Source: an uncultured virus (IMG/VR IMGVR_UViG_3300021092_000027)
Lineage: Duplodnaviria; Heunggongvirae; Uroviricota; Caudoviricetes
DNA length: 64,000 nucleotides
Virus record (IMG/VR): IMGVR_UViG_3300021092_000027
Strand: one strand, 5' to 3'
Both the position numbers and the translations under genes were made by a program. Positions within the stretch are counted from its first letter, which is position 1. Every line of letters starts with the position of its first letter. Below the pieces are notes generated by a model. The model did no database searches. It was not told where the DNA came from and saw only the letters and a list, made by a program, of their open reading frames with translations. Shown here piece after piece: positions 38,613 to 47,855 of the stretch.

Positions 38613-38925
38613 GTTGCCTCCAGTCGTCGGGTTTGTCTTCGGTGAACCAGTCCACCATGTCATCCACACTATTAAAACCCCTTCTCCCGAATCTGTCAAG
38701 CCCCGTCCCACCAATATCAAGTTGGTTTAAAAAATCATCCATATCTCCCTCCTGCATATCTGGGTTCTCAGCAGTCCTACGTGCTTGACGGAGGATGGTA
38801 GCAGCAGAGCGATTTGCCTTAGCAAGTTTCTCTGCCCAGATCATATCTTCGAGACTTACTTCTTGATGTTTTGCAATCTTATCACAGATTCCTTCAAGGC
38901 GAAGACGATATTGTGCTGACAGCAT
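38605..38925 (-). CDS. Conserved cyanophage hypothetical protein
   Basis: MLSAQYRLRLE…DWRQRD. Confidence 0.8.
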   Translation of the reverse strand: MLSAQYRLRLEGICDKIAKHQEVSLEDMIWAEKLAKANRSAATILRQARRTAENPDMQEGDMDDFLNQLDIGGTGLDRFGRRGFNSVDDMVDWFTEDKPDDWRQRD

Positions 38926-38958
38926 ATGAAATTTCTAGATGGGGTTGGTTAGCATTAA

Positions 38959-39153
38959 TTACTTGATCCTTGATTCCAAATCGTTAATCCTATTGAATTC
39001 TTGATATGCTCGTTCAGATCTCTCTGAGAGGATATCAGATATATCATTTAGGATAATTTCATTTTCAATTTGCTCATCCAGATAATTATCGATCGCTTCT
39101 TTCAGATACCTTTTACGATGCCATTCTGGAGTATATGGTTTGTAGTGTGTCAT
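38959..39153 (-). CDS. Small hypothetical protein
   Basis: YKPYTPEWHRKRYLKEA. Confidence 0.7.
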   Translation of the reverse strand: MTHYKPYTPEWHRKRYLKEAIDNYLDEQIENEIILNDISDILSERSERAYQEFNRINDLESRIK

Positions 39154-39175
39154 GACAAAATGTATGATTTATTAT

Positions 39176-40894
39176 TTATTCTTCTGTTATAACAGAGAAG
39201 TTCTGCTTTTTTTCTATACGAAGAATACTAGCAAACTTATCCTGCAATACATCTGGTTTATGAGAAATAACAAAAACATTTGTATTGTCAGAGAATGTCC
39301 TAAGGATTTTCATGAAGTCCTCTGTTCCAGAAGTATCCAGACTACTATCAAAAATTTCGTCCAGAATAAGGAGGTTGGTATTAGCACTGTTCTTCATCTT
39401 AGCAATAGTTCTCCAAGTAAACAACAGAGCTAAGTCTATTCGCATCTTTTCACCTTCGCTAAAAGAAGCATAAGAGAAGTCATCACGATAACGTGACTTG
39501 ATGGTTTCCTCAAAGTTTTCACTAAGACTAAACGAAACATAAAAGTCCAACTCTTTGAGATAACGGTTGATGAGTTGGTTCATCACGGGCAGATACCTTT
39601 TAATGATCTGGGATTTGATACCAGTATCTTTGAGCATGGAAAGGACAACCTCGTGGTTATCCCTTTTATGTTTTGTGGAAGAAAGTTCTTTTTCAATCGA
39701 AATTCCTTCCTTAGCCAACTCCTTTAATTTTTCTTGTTCCCGTATTAGGTTCGCCCCGCCACCATTTTGCTTTTCAATTTCTTCTTCAATTTTTCGTATA
39801 GAGTCTTGCTTCCACTGGATCTCCCTATTATTGGTAGAGATTTGCTGCTGGAGGTCTTGGTAATTTTTAAGAAACTCTTTTTTCTTATTGAGGGATTCAG
39901 TGATATCATGGATCTTAACCTTAAGATCTTTTGTAGCGGACTCTAGCTCCTCAATAGAGGATTCAATATTTGATTTCTTTTCTACTCTAAGTTCTTCAGT
40001 TATACTTTGCTTGCAAGTAGGGCACGTATCATTCTCTTCAAAGAATTTATAGTCGCTCTTCAGTTTTTTAGATTTGTCTTGGAACTTAGATTCGAAGATT
40101 TTGAGTTTATCAAACTCATCTTCTACTGTACCACATTCATCGATTTGGTTTTGTATTCCCTCACACAATTCAAGGTTCTCAATATTGATACCTTGAATCA
40201 ATTCAATCTCAGATCGAATGGAGTTAATACTCGATTGTCTTTGAACGTTGTTAGCTGCAGACTGCTCCTTCAGATCAGCAATAAATCTTTGTTGCAGTTG
40301 CACCTTTTCTTTAGCGATCTCCATCTTGTAATCAAGATCTCTAATATCATCCCGAATGATTTTAATTCGATCTTTAAGAAGAAGATTCATCGTAGAGAAG
40401 ATCTTGATATCAAGCAAGTCTTCAATAACTTCTCTACGATGCGCTGGAGGAAGCTGCATGAATGGAACAAAAGTAGATGAACCAAGAATGACAACCTGAG
40501 TGAATGACTTGAAATTCAACTTCAGAATGTTTTGCTCTAGGGACCTCTGCTGATCAACAGCTGAAGCTTCTTGATTCAACATTTGTCCATTCAGATGTAC
40601 CTCAAAAATAGAGGGTTTGATTCCACGACGAACAAGATATTCTTTAGAACCAACACTGAACTCTACTTCAACAAGGCAATCTTTTTCATTAATCGAGTTG
40701 ATTAACTGGGGTTTGTTGATTTTCCGAAAGGGTTTGTTAAACAGGGCGAAGCAAATCGCATCCAAAAGAGTGGACTTGCCAGCACCATTACTACCCACGA
40801 TCAGAGTAGAAGGACTGTTATCAAGACGCAGTTCAGTAAAAACATTTCCCGTAGAGAGAAAGTTTTTCCAACGTATAGACTTGAATATAATCAT
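39176..40894 (-). CDS. gp46: Recombination exonuclease ATPase subunit (Rad50/SbcC-like)
   Basis: GSNGAGKS, CPTC hook, FSEGEK, LILDE, ISH. Confidence 0.97.
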   Translation of the reverse strand: MIIFKSIRWKNFLSTGNVFTELRLDNSPSTLIVGSNGAGKSTLLDAICFALFNKPFRKINKPQLINSINEKDCLVEVEFSVGSKEYLVRRGIKPSIFEVHLNGQMLNQEASAVDQQRSLEQNILKLNFKSFTQVVILGSSTFVPFMQLPPAHRREVIEDLLDIKIFSTMNLLLKDRIKIIRDDIRDLDYKMEIAKEKVQLQQRFIADLKEQSAANNVQRQSSINSIRSEIELIQGINIENLELCEGIQNQIDECGTVEDEFDKLKIFESKFQDKSKKLKSDYKFFEENDTCPTCKQSITEELRVEKKSNIESSIEELESATKDLKVKIHDITESLNKKKEFLKNYQDLQQQISTNNREIQWKQDSIRKIEEEIEKQNGGGANLIREQEKLKELAKEGISIEKELSSTKHKRDNHEVVLSMLKDTGIKSQIIKRYLPVMNQLINRYLKELDFYVSFSLSENFEETIKSRYRDDFSYASFSEGEKMRIDLALLFTWRTIAKMKNSANTNLLILDEIFDSSLDTSGTEDFMKILRTFSDNTNVFVISHKPDVLQDKFASILRIEKKQNFSVITEE

Positions 40895-40910
40895 AATGAA
40901 AGGACAAAAA

Positions 40911-41174
40911 TTAATCTTCTCTAGGAGGTATCACTATATCGTCGGGAGTTACGATATAGTATGGATGACCATGCTGCTCGCAAGCTCGCATAGCATTACG
41001 GTCTTCCACTTCTACTACTGACATTTCTGGAAAATCATCTGCTTCCAGAAGACCAGCATAGCGCACTGCGTCGTCTTTGTCAAGAAAAAGGTACACAATC
41101 TGCTCACCCTCATCTGAAGTGACAGCATATGCACCTTCTTCTTCATAACCTTTCAGTGCGAGTATGTACATCAA
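40911..41174 (-). CDS. Conserved hypothetical protein
   Basis: EGAYAV…DDAVRY…DIVIPP. Confidence 0.75.
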   Translation of the reverse strand: MMYILALKGYEEEGAYAVTSDEGEQIVYLFLDKDDAVRYAGLLEADDFPEMSVVEVEDRNAMRACEQHGHPYYIVTPDDIVIPPRED

Positions 41175-42217
41175 ACAAGCTCCAGTGCTTCGACGTACAA
41201 AGATTTCAAAAGATTCTTGAGACCAGATTTATCTTGATGCTCAAGGTCATCAACATACTTCTCAAGAATAGTGAGAGTGTCTTCAGTTTCAATATCAATT
41301 TCTTCTCGGAGATCTGATTCGAAAGAAGGGTCCTCGATGATCTTTACTTCATGTACTCCTGCTGCAAAAAGTTGAGTTACAAAAAAATCAAACTTGTGAG
41401 AGTCATTTTTCTTTTCAACTACAACCTTAACAAATTTCTCTGAGTAATCTTTGTACTTAAACTTAGAACTATTTACCTTGCTTTCATCATAGTAAATCTT
41501 TTCATAGATTTCATATGGATTTTGAATGTACTCAAGTTCAAGAGTGTCTGTGTCAAAGATATGAAATCCTCTTTGATCTTTGTAATCATTCCAATAAATT
41601 TGGTAAGGATTGCCAAGGTACTTTACATTAGCTCTGGATGACTTGTGATGGTAGTGTCCCGAGAATACTTGCTTGAACTTTTTATAGCGACCGCTCTCAT
41701 CACCGTGGTCCATGATGAGTCCTCTACGGACTTCAAATCCGTTGAGCTCAAGGTGCCCCATCGCACACTCGCAAGTTGTCTTTTCAATAAGTTGGAAAGT
41801 TTCTTCAGCATTTTCTTGATTGATCCATGGAACAAACAAAATACCCAAACCACCAATATTCACTTCAGTTGGTTTTGAGTATATCTTAATATTATCATAC
41901 TGCCCAAGAACGTTATCCAGGGTGTTGATGTTATTGGTATCTTTAAAGTATGCCGTGTGATTACCAACAACAGAATAAACATTCACGCCCATTTTATCTA
42001 GGCGGTCGTAATAATTTTTTCTAGCCCAGTGAATAGACCACAAGTCAATATTGCGGCGGTTGTCAAATGTATCACCTAAGTCAATTACTACTTTGATGTC
42101 ACGTTCTTCCAGTGTTGGAAAAAAGATGTTGTTATAAAATTTTAGGAAGAAGTCATGAAAGATTCTGTTTGACTTTCTTGCTCCAAAATGCTGGTCTGTA
42201 ATGATCGCTACTTTCAT
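41171..42217 (-). CDS. gp47: Recombination endonuclease subunit (Mre11/SbcD-like)
   Basis: DQHFG, GDTFD, GNH, GHYH. Confidence 0.97.
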   Translation of the reverse strand: MKVAIITDQHFGARKSNRIFHDFFLKFYNNIFFPTLEERDIKVVIDLGDTFDNRRNIDLWSIHWARKNYYDRLDKMGVNVYSVVGNHTAYFKDTNNINTLDNVLGQYDNIKIYSKPTEVNIGGLGILFVPWINQENAEETFQLIEKTTCECAMGHLELNGFEVRRGLIMDHGDESGRYKKFKQVFSGHYHHKSSRANVKYLGNPYQIYWNDYKDQRGFHIFDTDTLELEYIQNPYEIYEKIYYDESKVNSSKFKYKDYSEKFVKVVVEKKNDSHKFDFFVTQLFAAGVHEVKIIEDPSFESDLREEIDIETEDTLTILEKYVDDLEHQDKSGLKNLLKSLYVEALELV

Positions 42218-42282
42218 AATTTAAATACTCGTTACAACTTGCCACCTACGTAACCTTCGTGGGTTGAAATTGGATCTGGAAA

Positions 42283-42504
42283 TCATTTCTTCTTTTTATT
42301 CTTAGGTTCTTTGTGATCTAGAACTTCAACGTGACTTAAAAAATTACCACCACGCTCAAACCACCTACGCTGCACATCTTCATAATTATCAAAGATAACA
42401 GATTCGCCAGTGCTTGTTACTAATTTATAATCGTGACGGAGATATGGTTCGTCAGATGTTTGTCGGAAATAGCGTGGATCAGAGGGGTCAATAAGCTGAG
42501 TCAT
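42283..42504 (-). CDS. Small hypothetical protein
   Basis: 73 aa; FRQTSDEPYLRHDYK. Confidence 0.7.
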   Translation of the reverse strand: MTQLIDPSDPRYFRQTSDEPYLRHDYKLVTSTGESVIFDNYEDVQRRWFERGGNFLSHVEVLDHKEPKNKKKK

Positions 42505-42686
42505 TCGAGTGTAATTGCAGTGCGTGGGGTGTGGGGTGTACGGCGAATAGATGATGCTTTGAATATTTTAGCAAAGGAAGAGTCCCATACAAGTTCTTCA
42601 TCTGCTTCTGTTAGCGGACCCCAACGGGAGGTAGCAAGTGCTGATTTAAGTAGTGTTTTAATAAGATCAATCATAATCATTTGCAA
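42501..42686 (-). CDS. Small hypothetical protein
   Basis: About 58-61 aa; ATGA-coupled to the next gene. Confidence 0.55.
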   Translation of the reverse strand: MQMIMIDLIKTLLKSALATSRWGPLTEADEELVWDSSFAKIFKASSIRRTPHTPRTAITLE

Positions 42687-42710
42687 TACGTTCTAATTCT
42701 TCTTCGTTAC

Positions 42711-43181
42711 TCATTTGATTCTAATCTCTACGTTTTCTTTGATGGTGTTATAGTCCGAAGAAAAATCGTTGTCATCAGAATGAAACACTTGTTCATATCC
42801 AGATCTAGTAAGAATTTTATTCTTGATTTCTAGCTGACGTTTTTCTTTTTGGATTCTACGCAAGAAAGCATAGTAGATGATCTGAGTAAAGTAAGCAAAG
42901 GGATTGCTTGATTTATCAGGATTAAAGTTCTCGATGTATTGAACGCAGTTCTCAATTCCATCACAGATCATATCCTCTCTGAACATGTAGTTCACGAAGT
43001 TTGGTTTGTATGATAAGTGAGTTGCGATCTTCAGAAAACACTCGCCAATATAATTATTAATTTGAGGACGTGGTTCACCCTTCTCAGCAGCAACTTTGCA
43101 CTTGCGTTTGAATTCGATGAGTTCCTCTAAGAATTCTTTGTTATTAACGTAGTGTTCTGATTTTCCAGTTTTCTTTGTCAT
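42711..43181 (-). CDS. gp55: Late-transcription sigma factor
   Basis: HYVNNKEF, NPFAYFTQI, AFLRRIQKEK. Confidence 0.96.
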   Translation of the reverse strand: MTKKTGKSEHYVNNKEFLEELIEFKRKCKVAAEKGEPRPQINNYIGECFLKIATHLSYKPNFVNYMFREDMICDGIENCVQYIENFNPDKSSNPFAYFTQIIYYAFLRRIQKEKRQLEIKNKILTRSGYEQVFHSDDNDFSSDYNTIKENVEIRIK

Positions 43182-43208
43182 TCATACAACATGTATTGAT
43201 TTTCTATA

Positions 43209-43237
43209 AGTGTAGCAAATTGAACTGCGTAAGTCAA
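43209..43237 (-). promoter_or_regulatory. Sigma70 promoter for gp55
   Basis: TTGACT-N17-TACACT. Confidence 0.7.
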
Positions 43238-43242
43238 GGGGC

Positions 43243-43271
43243 TTGACAGACCCCCCAAAAAACGATACAAT
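43243..43271 (+). promoter_or_regulatory. Divergent sigma70 promoter firing antisense to the uvsW operon
   Basis: TTGACA-N17-TACAAT on the plus strand with no sense ORF downstream. Confidence 0.65.
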
Positions 43272-43307
43272 AACCCTGTGGAGGGTTCAAAAAATAGTTA
43301 ATAGCTT

Positions 43308-43691
43308 TTATCTTTTAAATAGATTCTCTAATCTTTTTCTAGCTTCTTCTACAGATCCAAGTCTTCCTATCCCGTTTGTCTTGTCTACATTCAATTGATT
43401 TGAATCACGATTTAATTTTCTCAAAGAGAGCTTGTAGAATACTTCGACTTCTGAACTGACTTCTACAAGTGTGACAATTTTTTCTTTTGGAATAATGAAT
43501 ACAGTTTCATTTGAGAACTTCATCCAGGGTCCAACTTTGGCTCCTGCTTTCCTACCGAGTTGAACTTCTTCTACTTCGATTGGATTCTCAACAATTACAT
43601 ATTCTCCAGCTTCATCATTAACAGGACAAACGACAGCAAGAATCTCTTCACCAGTAATTAGTTTTAGTGCGGCAAGAAATTCCTCATCCAT
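43308..43691 (-). CDS. Sm/LSm-like protein (paralogue D)
   Basis: LKLITGEEILAVV…NPI…GPWMKFS…IVTLVE. Confidence 0.7.
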   Translation of the reverse strand: MDEEFLAALKLITGEEILAVVCPVNDEAGEYVIVENPIEVEEVQLGRKAGAKVGPWMKFSNETVFIIPKEKIVTLVEVSSEVEVFYKLSLRKLNRDSNQLNVDKTNGIGRLGSVEEARKRLENLFKR

Positions 43692-43692
43692 T

Positions 43693-45165
43693 TTAGTTAT
43701 CTCGAATGCGAACATCGATGAATTCATAATTAAAGTTTTCTTCGTTGTATATTTTTACTCTTTCTACTAAGTGATTGAGTGTATAGTTTTTTTTTGATCC
43801 TTTTGATATATCGTCAGCAATATCATAAAGTACTGCTTTTCTTTTGTTCTCACCTTTTCTGAGAACGCGCCCGATACTTTGTAAGTTTCTTACTCTTGAT
43901 TTTGACGGGGAGGCAAATACAACATTATGAAGATTACGAATGTTGATGCCTGTACTAAATGTTCCGTATGATGCAACGATGATAGAGTTCGATGTAGTCT
44001 CTGCGATTTGTCTAACTTTCTCGCGGTCTTCGACTTCTACTCCCCCGTGTACCAAGAAGACCAATCGATCTTCTCCAACTTTATTATTTATGAGATCAAA
44101 TAAAGGCATACCATGACGCTCAACGTAGTTAAACAGCACGAGAGTATTACCCTCAAGATCACACACCAGATTGCGAATGAATTTGTTTCTACCAGAATGC
44201 TCTACAAGGTAATCAATCTCTTGCTGGTAGCTATCAAATGCTTTTGAGTCATGCTTTAGAATAAGAACCTTAATTTCAAATTCAGAGAGATGCCCCTGTT
44301 GAATAAGACTCTCAGTCTTAATGACTTTATTGACAGCACCAAACACACCTTCAAGAACAAGGCGATTGGTTGCAGTTCCGTCTAATGTACCTGTGAACCC
44401 AACGCGGTATTTACAATCATGCAACTTATTCATGATCCCAGTGAGTGACTTAGCTTTAAAGAGATGTGCCTCGTCTCCAATCACTGCTCCAAAATCATTA
44501 AAGTAATTCTTAGGGAGCTTGTAGATAGACTGCCAAGTTGTAATCACCACATCCTTTTTGGAAATCGGAGATTGTCCACCATATACTTTATGGCAGTGGT
44601 GCTTAGCGTTCCAACCATAATCCTCAAAGTCCTTATACATCTGTTCGACCAGCGATGTAGTTGGGACAACGATGAGTGTCTTTAAATTCTTTTTCTCGAA
44701 GTATCTGATAATCGCATAGATCATCAGCGATTTTCCAGATCCAGTCGGAGACAACAGAAGCTTCCTTTTGTTTCTCAGAGCTTCGTAGATGCCTTTGTAT
44801 TGATAGTCTCTTACTTTATGTGGTATGTTTAGAGTCTTTACGAATTCTCCGATTCCTTCAGGGGTGACAAACTCATCCACTTCTGATGGAAGTCCGTAAA
44901 ACTTGTTTTCTCTATAGACATATTCATACCCCCTTTCCTTGCAAAAACTTGTAACGTAAGGGAGAAGACCAACATAAATCTCGCCCGTACCAGGGGAGAA
45001 TAATTTGATTTTGCCATCCCAGAACCTCTTCTTATAAGCTGACATGAATTTCGCTTGAGGTACATCAAACGTGAACTCGTCAGCTAACTCATATTGTACG
45101 TGCGGTTCACAATCAATCTTTAAATAAACCTCGTTCTTCTTTTCGATGATGACACTAGACTTCAT
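43693..45165 (-). CDS. uvsW: SF2 helicase
   Basis: SPTGSGKS, DEAH, QSIGRVLR. Confidence 0.96.
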   Translation of the reverse strand: MKSSVIIEKKNEVYLKIDCEPHVQYELADEFTFDVPQAKFMSAYKKRFWDGKIKLFSPGTGEIYVGLLPYVTSFCKERGYEYVYRENKFYGLPSEVDEFVTPEGIGEFVKTLNIPHKVRDYQYKGIYEALRNKRKLLLSPTGSGKSLMIYAIIRYFEKKNLKTLIVVPTTSLVEQMYKDFEDYGWNAKHHCHKVYGGQSPISKKDVVITTWQSIYKLPKNYFNDFGAVIGDEAHLFKAKSLTGIMNKLHDCKYRVGFTGTLDGTATNRLVLEGVFGAVNKVIKTESLIQQGHLSEFEIKVLILKHDSKAFDSYQQEIDYLVEHSGRNKFIRNLVCDLEGNTLVLFNYVERHGMPLFDLINNKVGEDRLVFLVHGGVEVEDREKVRQIAETTSNSIIVASYGTFSTGINIRNLHNVVFASPSKSRVRNLQSIGRVLRKGENKRKAVLYDIADDISKGSKKNYTLNHLVERVKIYNEENFNYEFIDVRIRDN

Positions 45166-45568
45166 AACCTTTCAAAAATTTGGCAAACTCAATCGCGTTC
45201 TTAATATGGAATGAACGATTGTTAATTGCCGTGATGATGGTCTTTAGTGATTCGACCATCTGGTTATAATACTTAAGTTTCAGAACCGCTCTTTGATATT
45301 CTTCGTCAGAGTCTATGTAGATGCCTACATCTTGTTTGAGAAGTTTAATGTGAAAAGGTTTTTCTGATTTGCCAGTATAAAATTCCCAACGATCACGGTA
45401 TACCGATTTTACGGTTAGCTCTTGCTGATCCCGAAGAACCGCAAAACTATTGTATAGTCTTAAATATTTAGCATGTAATCTGGGGATCGATAATGAGTCA
45501 TGATCTAATTTTTCATCATCTAAGTGGGAATCCTTTTCCCACATTTCGTCAAGGGTTTCAAGATTCAT
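45155..45568 (-). CDS. uvsY: Recombination mediator
   Basis: LHAKYL, YIDSD, RSFHIKNAI; position next to uvsW. Confidence 0.9.
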   Translation of the reverse strand: MNLETLDEMWEKDSHLDDEKLDHDSLSIPRLHAKYLRLYNSFAVLRDQQELTVKSVYRDRWEFYTGKSEKPFHIKLLKQDVGIYIDSDEEYQRAVLKLKYYNQMVESLKTIITAINNRSFHIKNAIEFAKFLKGYEV

Positions 45569-46122
45569 ACAATCTGTCCGTCAGAGTCAGTGATTTCATA
45601 TAAAGTATACTTGAAATTTACCTCTGCTGTAAAGTAATTAATATCTGTAGCAGTGGAATCAAATTCCAAGGTTGTTAAACTAGTTGGCCAAATATTGTAA
45701 AAATTGACACTCGATACTGTATTGTAGTTGCTATTAAGAATCAGTAGACGTGCGTCACTCATTTGTTTAGTGAAGCTTGTAGATCTACCTGATTCATCTA
45801 CAGTTTGAATATACTCATAGAACTCTTCCCATTCCTGTGGGTTTGTGAGTCCTTTGAGCCATCTGTAAATCTCATAATAATTATCAAGTGTTTCGTTCAC
45901 CAGGAATCTGAGATTCAGATCTCCGTATGTGATCTTGTCTCCTGGTACACTGAAATCTTTGATTGGTGTTTGGATTTCTCGAATACCAATATTCACATCT
46001 GGAATCGAAGCTGATTGGCAGAAGTAGTCCACGTTTGGAGTTCTACCAATAACAAATTTGAATCCTACTGGAGATAAGAAGTTTTGATTTCTTGGAGAAA
46101 ATAAATTTGTTTCAGACGCCAT
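45565..46122 (-). CDS. gp3: Tail completion/tube terminator protein (gp3-like)
   Basis: NFLSPVGFKF, PGDKITYGDL, WPTSL. Confidence 0.85.
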   Translation of the reverse strand: MASETNLFSPRNQNFLSPVGFKFVIGRTPNVDYFCQSASIPDVNIGIREIQTPIKDFSVPGDKITYGDLNLRFLVNETLDNYYEIYRWLKGLTNPQEWEEFYEYIQTVDESGRSTSFTKQMSDARLLILNSNYNTVSSVNFYNIWPTSLTTLEFDSTATDINYFTAEVNFKYTLYEITDSDGQIV

Positions 46123-46273
46123 CTTTCTTATCACCACTAATCATATTTAGTTTCATACTGTCACAGGGTAAAGTAACTGATTCCACATCCACATAGCGCA
46201 TGTAATCAACCTTACAAACGTTAGGTCCGATTTCTGCCATACCAATAATCGCAAATGCGATTAGGTCAATCAT
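46112..46273 (-). CDS. Small hypothetical protein (53 aa)
   Basis: ATGA-coupled ORF with GGAGG SD. Confidence 0.55.
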   Translation of the reverse strand: MIDLIAFAIIGMAEIGPNVCKVDYMRYVDVESVTLPCDSMKLNMISGDKKDGV

Positions 46274-46377
46274 TTTTTCTTTCCTCCGTTCTTAGCTTTA
46301 TTAGCGGTAGCGTTACCTTGGTTTTGCTTTTTATTATTGGCAGATCCTTTCTTGCCTTTGTTAGCTGACTTCGCCAT
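46270..46377 (-). CDS. 35-aa Lys/Asn/Gly-rich basic peptide
   Basis: MAKSANKGKKG…NGGKKK downstream of an ATAAATA late-promoter-like site. Confidence 0.6.
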   Translation of the reverse strand: MAKSANKGKKGSANNKKQNQGNATANKAKNGGKKK

Positions 46378-46412
46378 GGTACATGTGCGTGGAATAATAT
46401 ATTTATCCCAAT

Positions 46413-46437
46413 AAAAAAGGACCTCCGAAGAGGTCCC
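46413..46437 (-). terminator. Intrinsic terminator after gp23
   Basis: GGACCTC-TTCG-GAGGTCC followed by TTTTTT. Confidence 0.9.
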
Positions 46438-46457
46438 AGTAAATGTGAGGGAAAGAC

Positions 46458-47819
46458 TCACATGAGGTTCTTAACGCGAACGCGACGATAGTAAGCGTTA
46501 GCAGACAGGTTGCTGCTGTGCTGAGGATCGCTATTGCTCAGTGCAGTCAGACCCTTAGCAAATGGGTTCAGGACCATGCCGTAGCGGGTCTTGAATCCGA
46601 TGCGTGGCTGGAAGGTATCCTGACCGATCGCTCTGTACATTTGCAGAGGAACGTATGGGCAATAGAAGAGACCAGCGTCATAAGCGTTGGAACCCTTGTA
46701 GCCAACAACGTAGTATTGGTCAGAAGCAACGTTTGCCGAATAAGGATCAATATAGACCTTGAAGCGACCGTTGAGAGTGCCGACAAAGGTGTTACCAGTG
46801 TCATCGATCTCGCCCAGACCACCAACAGCTTGATTGATGCCGCTGGAGTAGTCCAGAACGCCTGCCATAGCGAGTGCAGAAGCAACGTCAGCAGAAGTGA
46901 CGATGACGTTACCCTTCCCTCTACGAGTCTCTTGTGCGATTGCGTTGGCATCGCGCTCGATTTGGAAGAGCAGACCTTTGAACTTCTCAACCGACCAACG
47001 ACCGTTGGAGTCAACGTCGAGGTCAAATACGCCAGCGTTAGCAACGTTAGCTTGAGCACCAGGCTTAGCACCGCGATATACGGTACGAACAACCTCACGG
47101 TTGATCTCAGCAAGGATCTCGGTTGACAGAATGTTTGCCAGCTCCGACTCGGCATCAAGACCGTGGATCGCCTTGAGGTCTTGTGCCAGTTCAACGGAGT
47201 AATCGGCTCTCAGCGCACGACCTTTTGCTTCAACAGCAATACGATCGATGGTGAATGCCATCTCGTTGAACTCACTACCGCTGTCACCAGCAGCTTCCAG
47301 GTTTGAAGTGGAGAGCTTGGAGGAAGCGAGGTCGTAGTTGGTTGCGGTTGTACCACCACCAGTTGCGTCGTTGATCAGACCTGGGTTCAGTTCTGTGGTT
47401 GGGGTTGTGGTTGCGCCCAGAGTACCAGAGAACTGTGCGTCTGCCTCGTCGAAGAAGGCTTCAGAACCAGTCTGGTTGGTGTAACGTGAACGCATCGCGA
47501 AGATGAGTCCAGTAGGACCTGTCATAGGTTGAACACCTGCGATGTCATAAGCAATCAGCTTAGGCATCGAACGGCGGATCAGGCTAATGAGGATAGGGTC
47601 GAAACCGAAAACATTACCTGATGCGGTTGTTGGGGTGTTGATAGGACCAACGTTGGTTGGTGCTTCGGTAAGGATGGCACGCTCCTCACGCATAGCTTTC
47701 TCTTGGTTTTCCAGGAGGATAGCGGTAACAGCCTTACGATAGTTATCCTTGATTTCAGGAAGACCATCATGGTTAAGGACTGGTGACCACTTCTCTTGGA
47801 GGTTCTCAGATTGATACAT
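46458..47819 (-). CDS. gp23: Major capsid protein
   Basis: LLENQE, GVQPMTGPTGLIFAMR, ELAQDLKAIHGLDAE, FKTRYG. Confidence 0.98.
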   Translation of the reverse strand: MYQSENLQEKWSPVLNHDGLPEIKDNYRKAVTAILLENQEKAMREERAILTEAPTNVGPINTPTTASGNVFGFDPILISLIRRSMPKLIAYDIAGVQPMTGPTGLIFAMRSRYTNQTGSEAFFDEADAQFSGTLGATTTPTTELNPGLINDATGGGTTATNYDLASSKLSTSNLEAAGDSGSEFNEMAFTIDRIAVEAKGRALRADYSVELAQDLKAIHGLDAESELANILSTEILAEINREVVRTVYRGAKPGAQANVANAGVFDLDVDSNGRWSVEKFKGLLFQIERDANAIAQETRRGKGNVIVTSADVASALAMAGVLDYSSGINQAVGGLGEIDDTGNTFVGTLNGRFKVYIDPYSANVASDQYYVVGYKGSNAYDAGLFYCPYVPLQMYRAIGQDTFQPRIGFKTRYGMVLNPFAKGLTALSNSDPQHSSNLSANAYYRRVRVKNLM

Positions 47820-47855
47820 TTGAGTTCTCCTTTTAGGGGTTTAAGTGGGTTACAA

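Noticed and set aside
42218..42286. Short ORF or gene remnant between 42283..42504 and gp47
   Set aside because: Candidates are 21 aa or less in two frames and I cannot support either
46518..47126. Long plus-strand ORFs opposite gp23, gp22, nrdA, nrdB, gp41 and cobS
   Set aside because: Antisense shadows expected from codon bias of highly expressed genes; no SD or recognisable motifs
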